NCBI RefSeq assembly: GCF_006345805.1
Contig: NC_042997.1
Coordinates: 49,414,001-49,478,000 of the forward strand
Direction: 5' to 3'
Source: Octopus sinensis
Taxonomy: Eukaryota
DNA: 64,000 bases
Position numbers and translations under genes: made by a program. The notes under the pieces are model-generated. The model saw only the letters and a program-made list of their open reading frames with translations. It did no database searches and was not told where the DNA came from. Positions 63,775 through 64,000 of this stretch are shown piece after piece (position 1 is the stretch's first letter; each line of letters begins with the position of its first letter).

Positions 63775-64000
63775 TATTCCTTTATTTGTTTCAGTCATTT
63801 GGCTGCGGTCATGCTAGAGCACCGCTTTCAAGGGTTTTAGTCGAACAACTCGACACCAATGATTATTTCTTAAGCCTGGTACTTATTCTATTGGTTTACT
63901 GTTGTCGAACCGCTAGGTTACGGGACGTAAACTCACCAACACCAGTTGTCAAGCGGTGATGGGGCGGGCAAACACAGACGCAAAGACACACGCATATAGG
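63775..64000 (-). mobile_element. SINE family B variant, cut by the window end
   Basis: TTGTTTCAGTCATTTGGCTGCGGTCATGCTAGAGCACCGC..CCGAACCGCTAGGTTACGGG-type modules. Confidence 0.85.

Noticed and set aside
63592-63840. ORF with a signal-peptide-like start (MKTLYFLLVFCVASVCLA)
   Set aside because: It starts at TTG rather than ATG in a eukaryotic context, its end runs into a SINE, and no family is recognised.

Overview
This is AT-rich eukaryotic DNA saturated with microsatellites and transposon debris, and I found no intact host protein-coding gene. The SINE families and repeat landscape suggest a cephalopod (Octopus-like) genome; this is inference, not verified. Nearly all ORFs in the supplied track are artefacts of (TA)n, (CATA)n, (TCTA)n, (CA)n or trinucleotide repeats. 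Recognisable coding relics are a Chapaev-type transposase (1-1935, minus), an RTE LINE 3' end, an R4/Dong-like retroelement, CR1/L2-like RT and endonuclease fragments, Penelope-like (PLE) GIY-YIG/RT fragments, and Tc1 and mariner transposase fragments. Non-coding elements are about 30 tRNA-derived SINE copies of several modular families, non-autonomous Helitrons, MITEs and fold-back elements. The most striking signal, read by eye, is a set of minimal type I hammerhead ribozyme (HHR) folds belonging to at least six otherwise unrelated short non-coding repeat families. Each has a self-complementary stem III. One sits in the loop of a ~325-bp fold-back element, and two sibling copies begin at or near the predicted self-cleavage site. 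All structure and family assignments were made by manual reading, without searches or folding software. Coordinates of degenerate copies are approximate.
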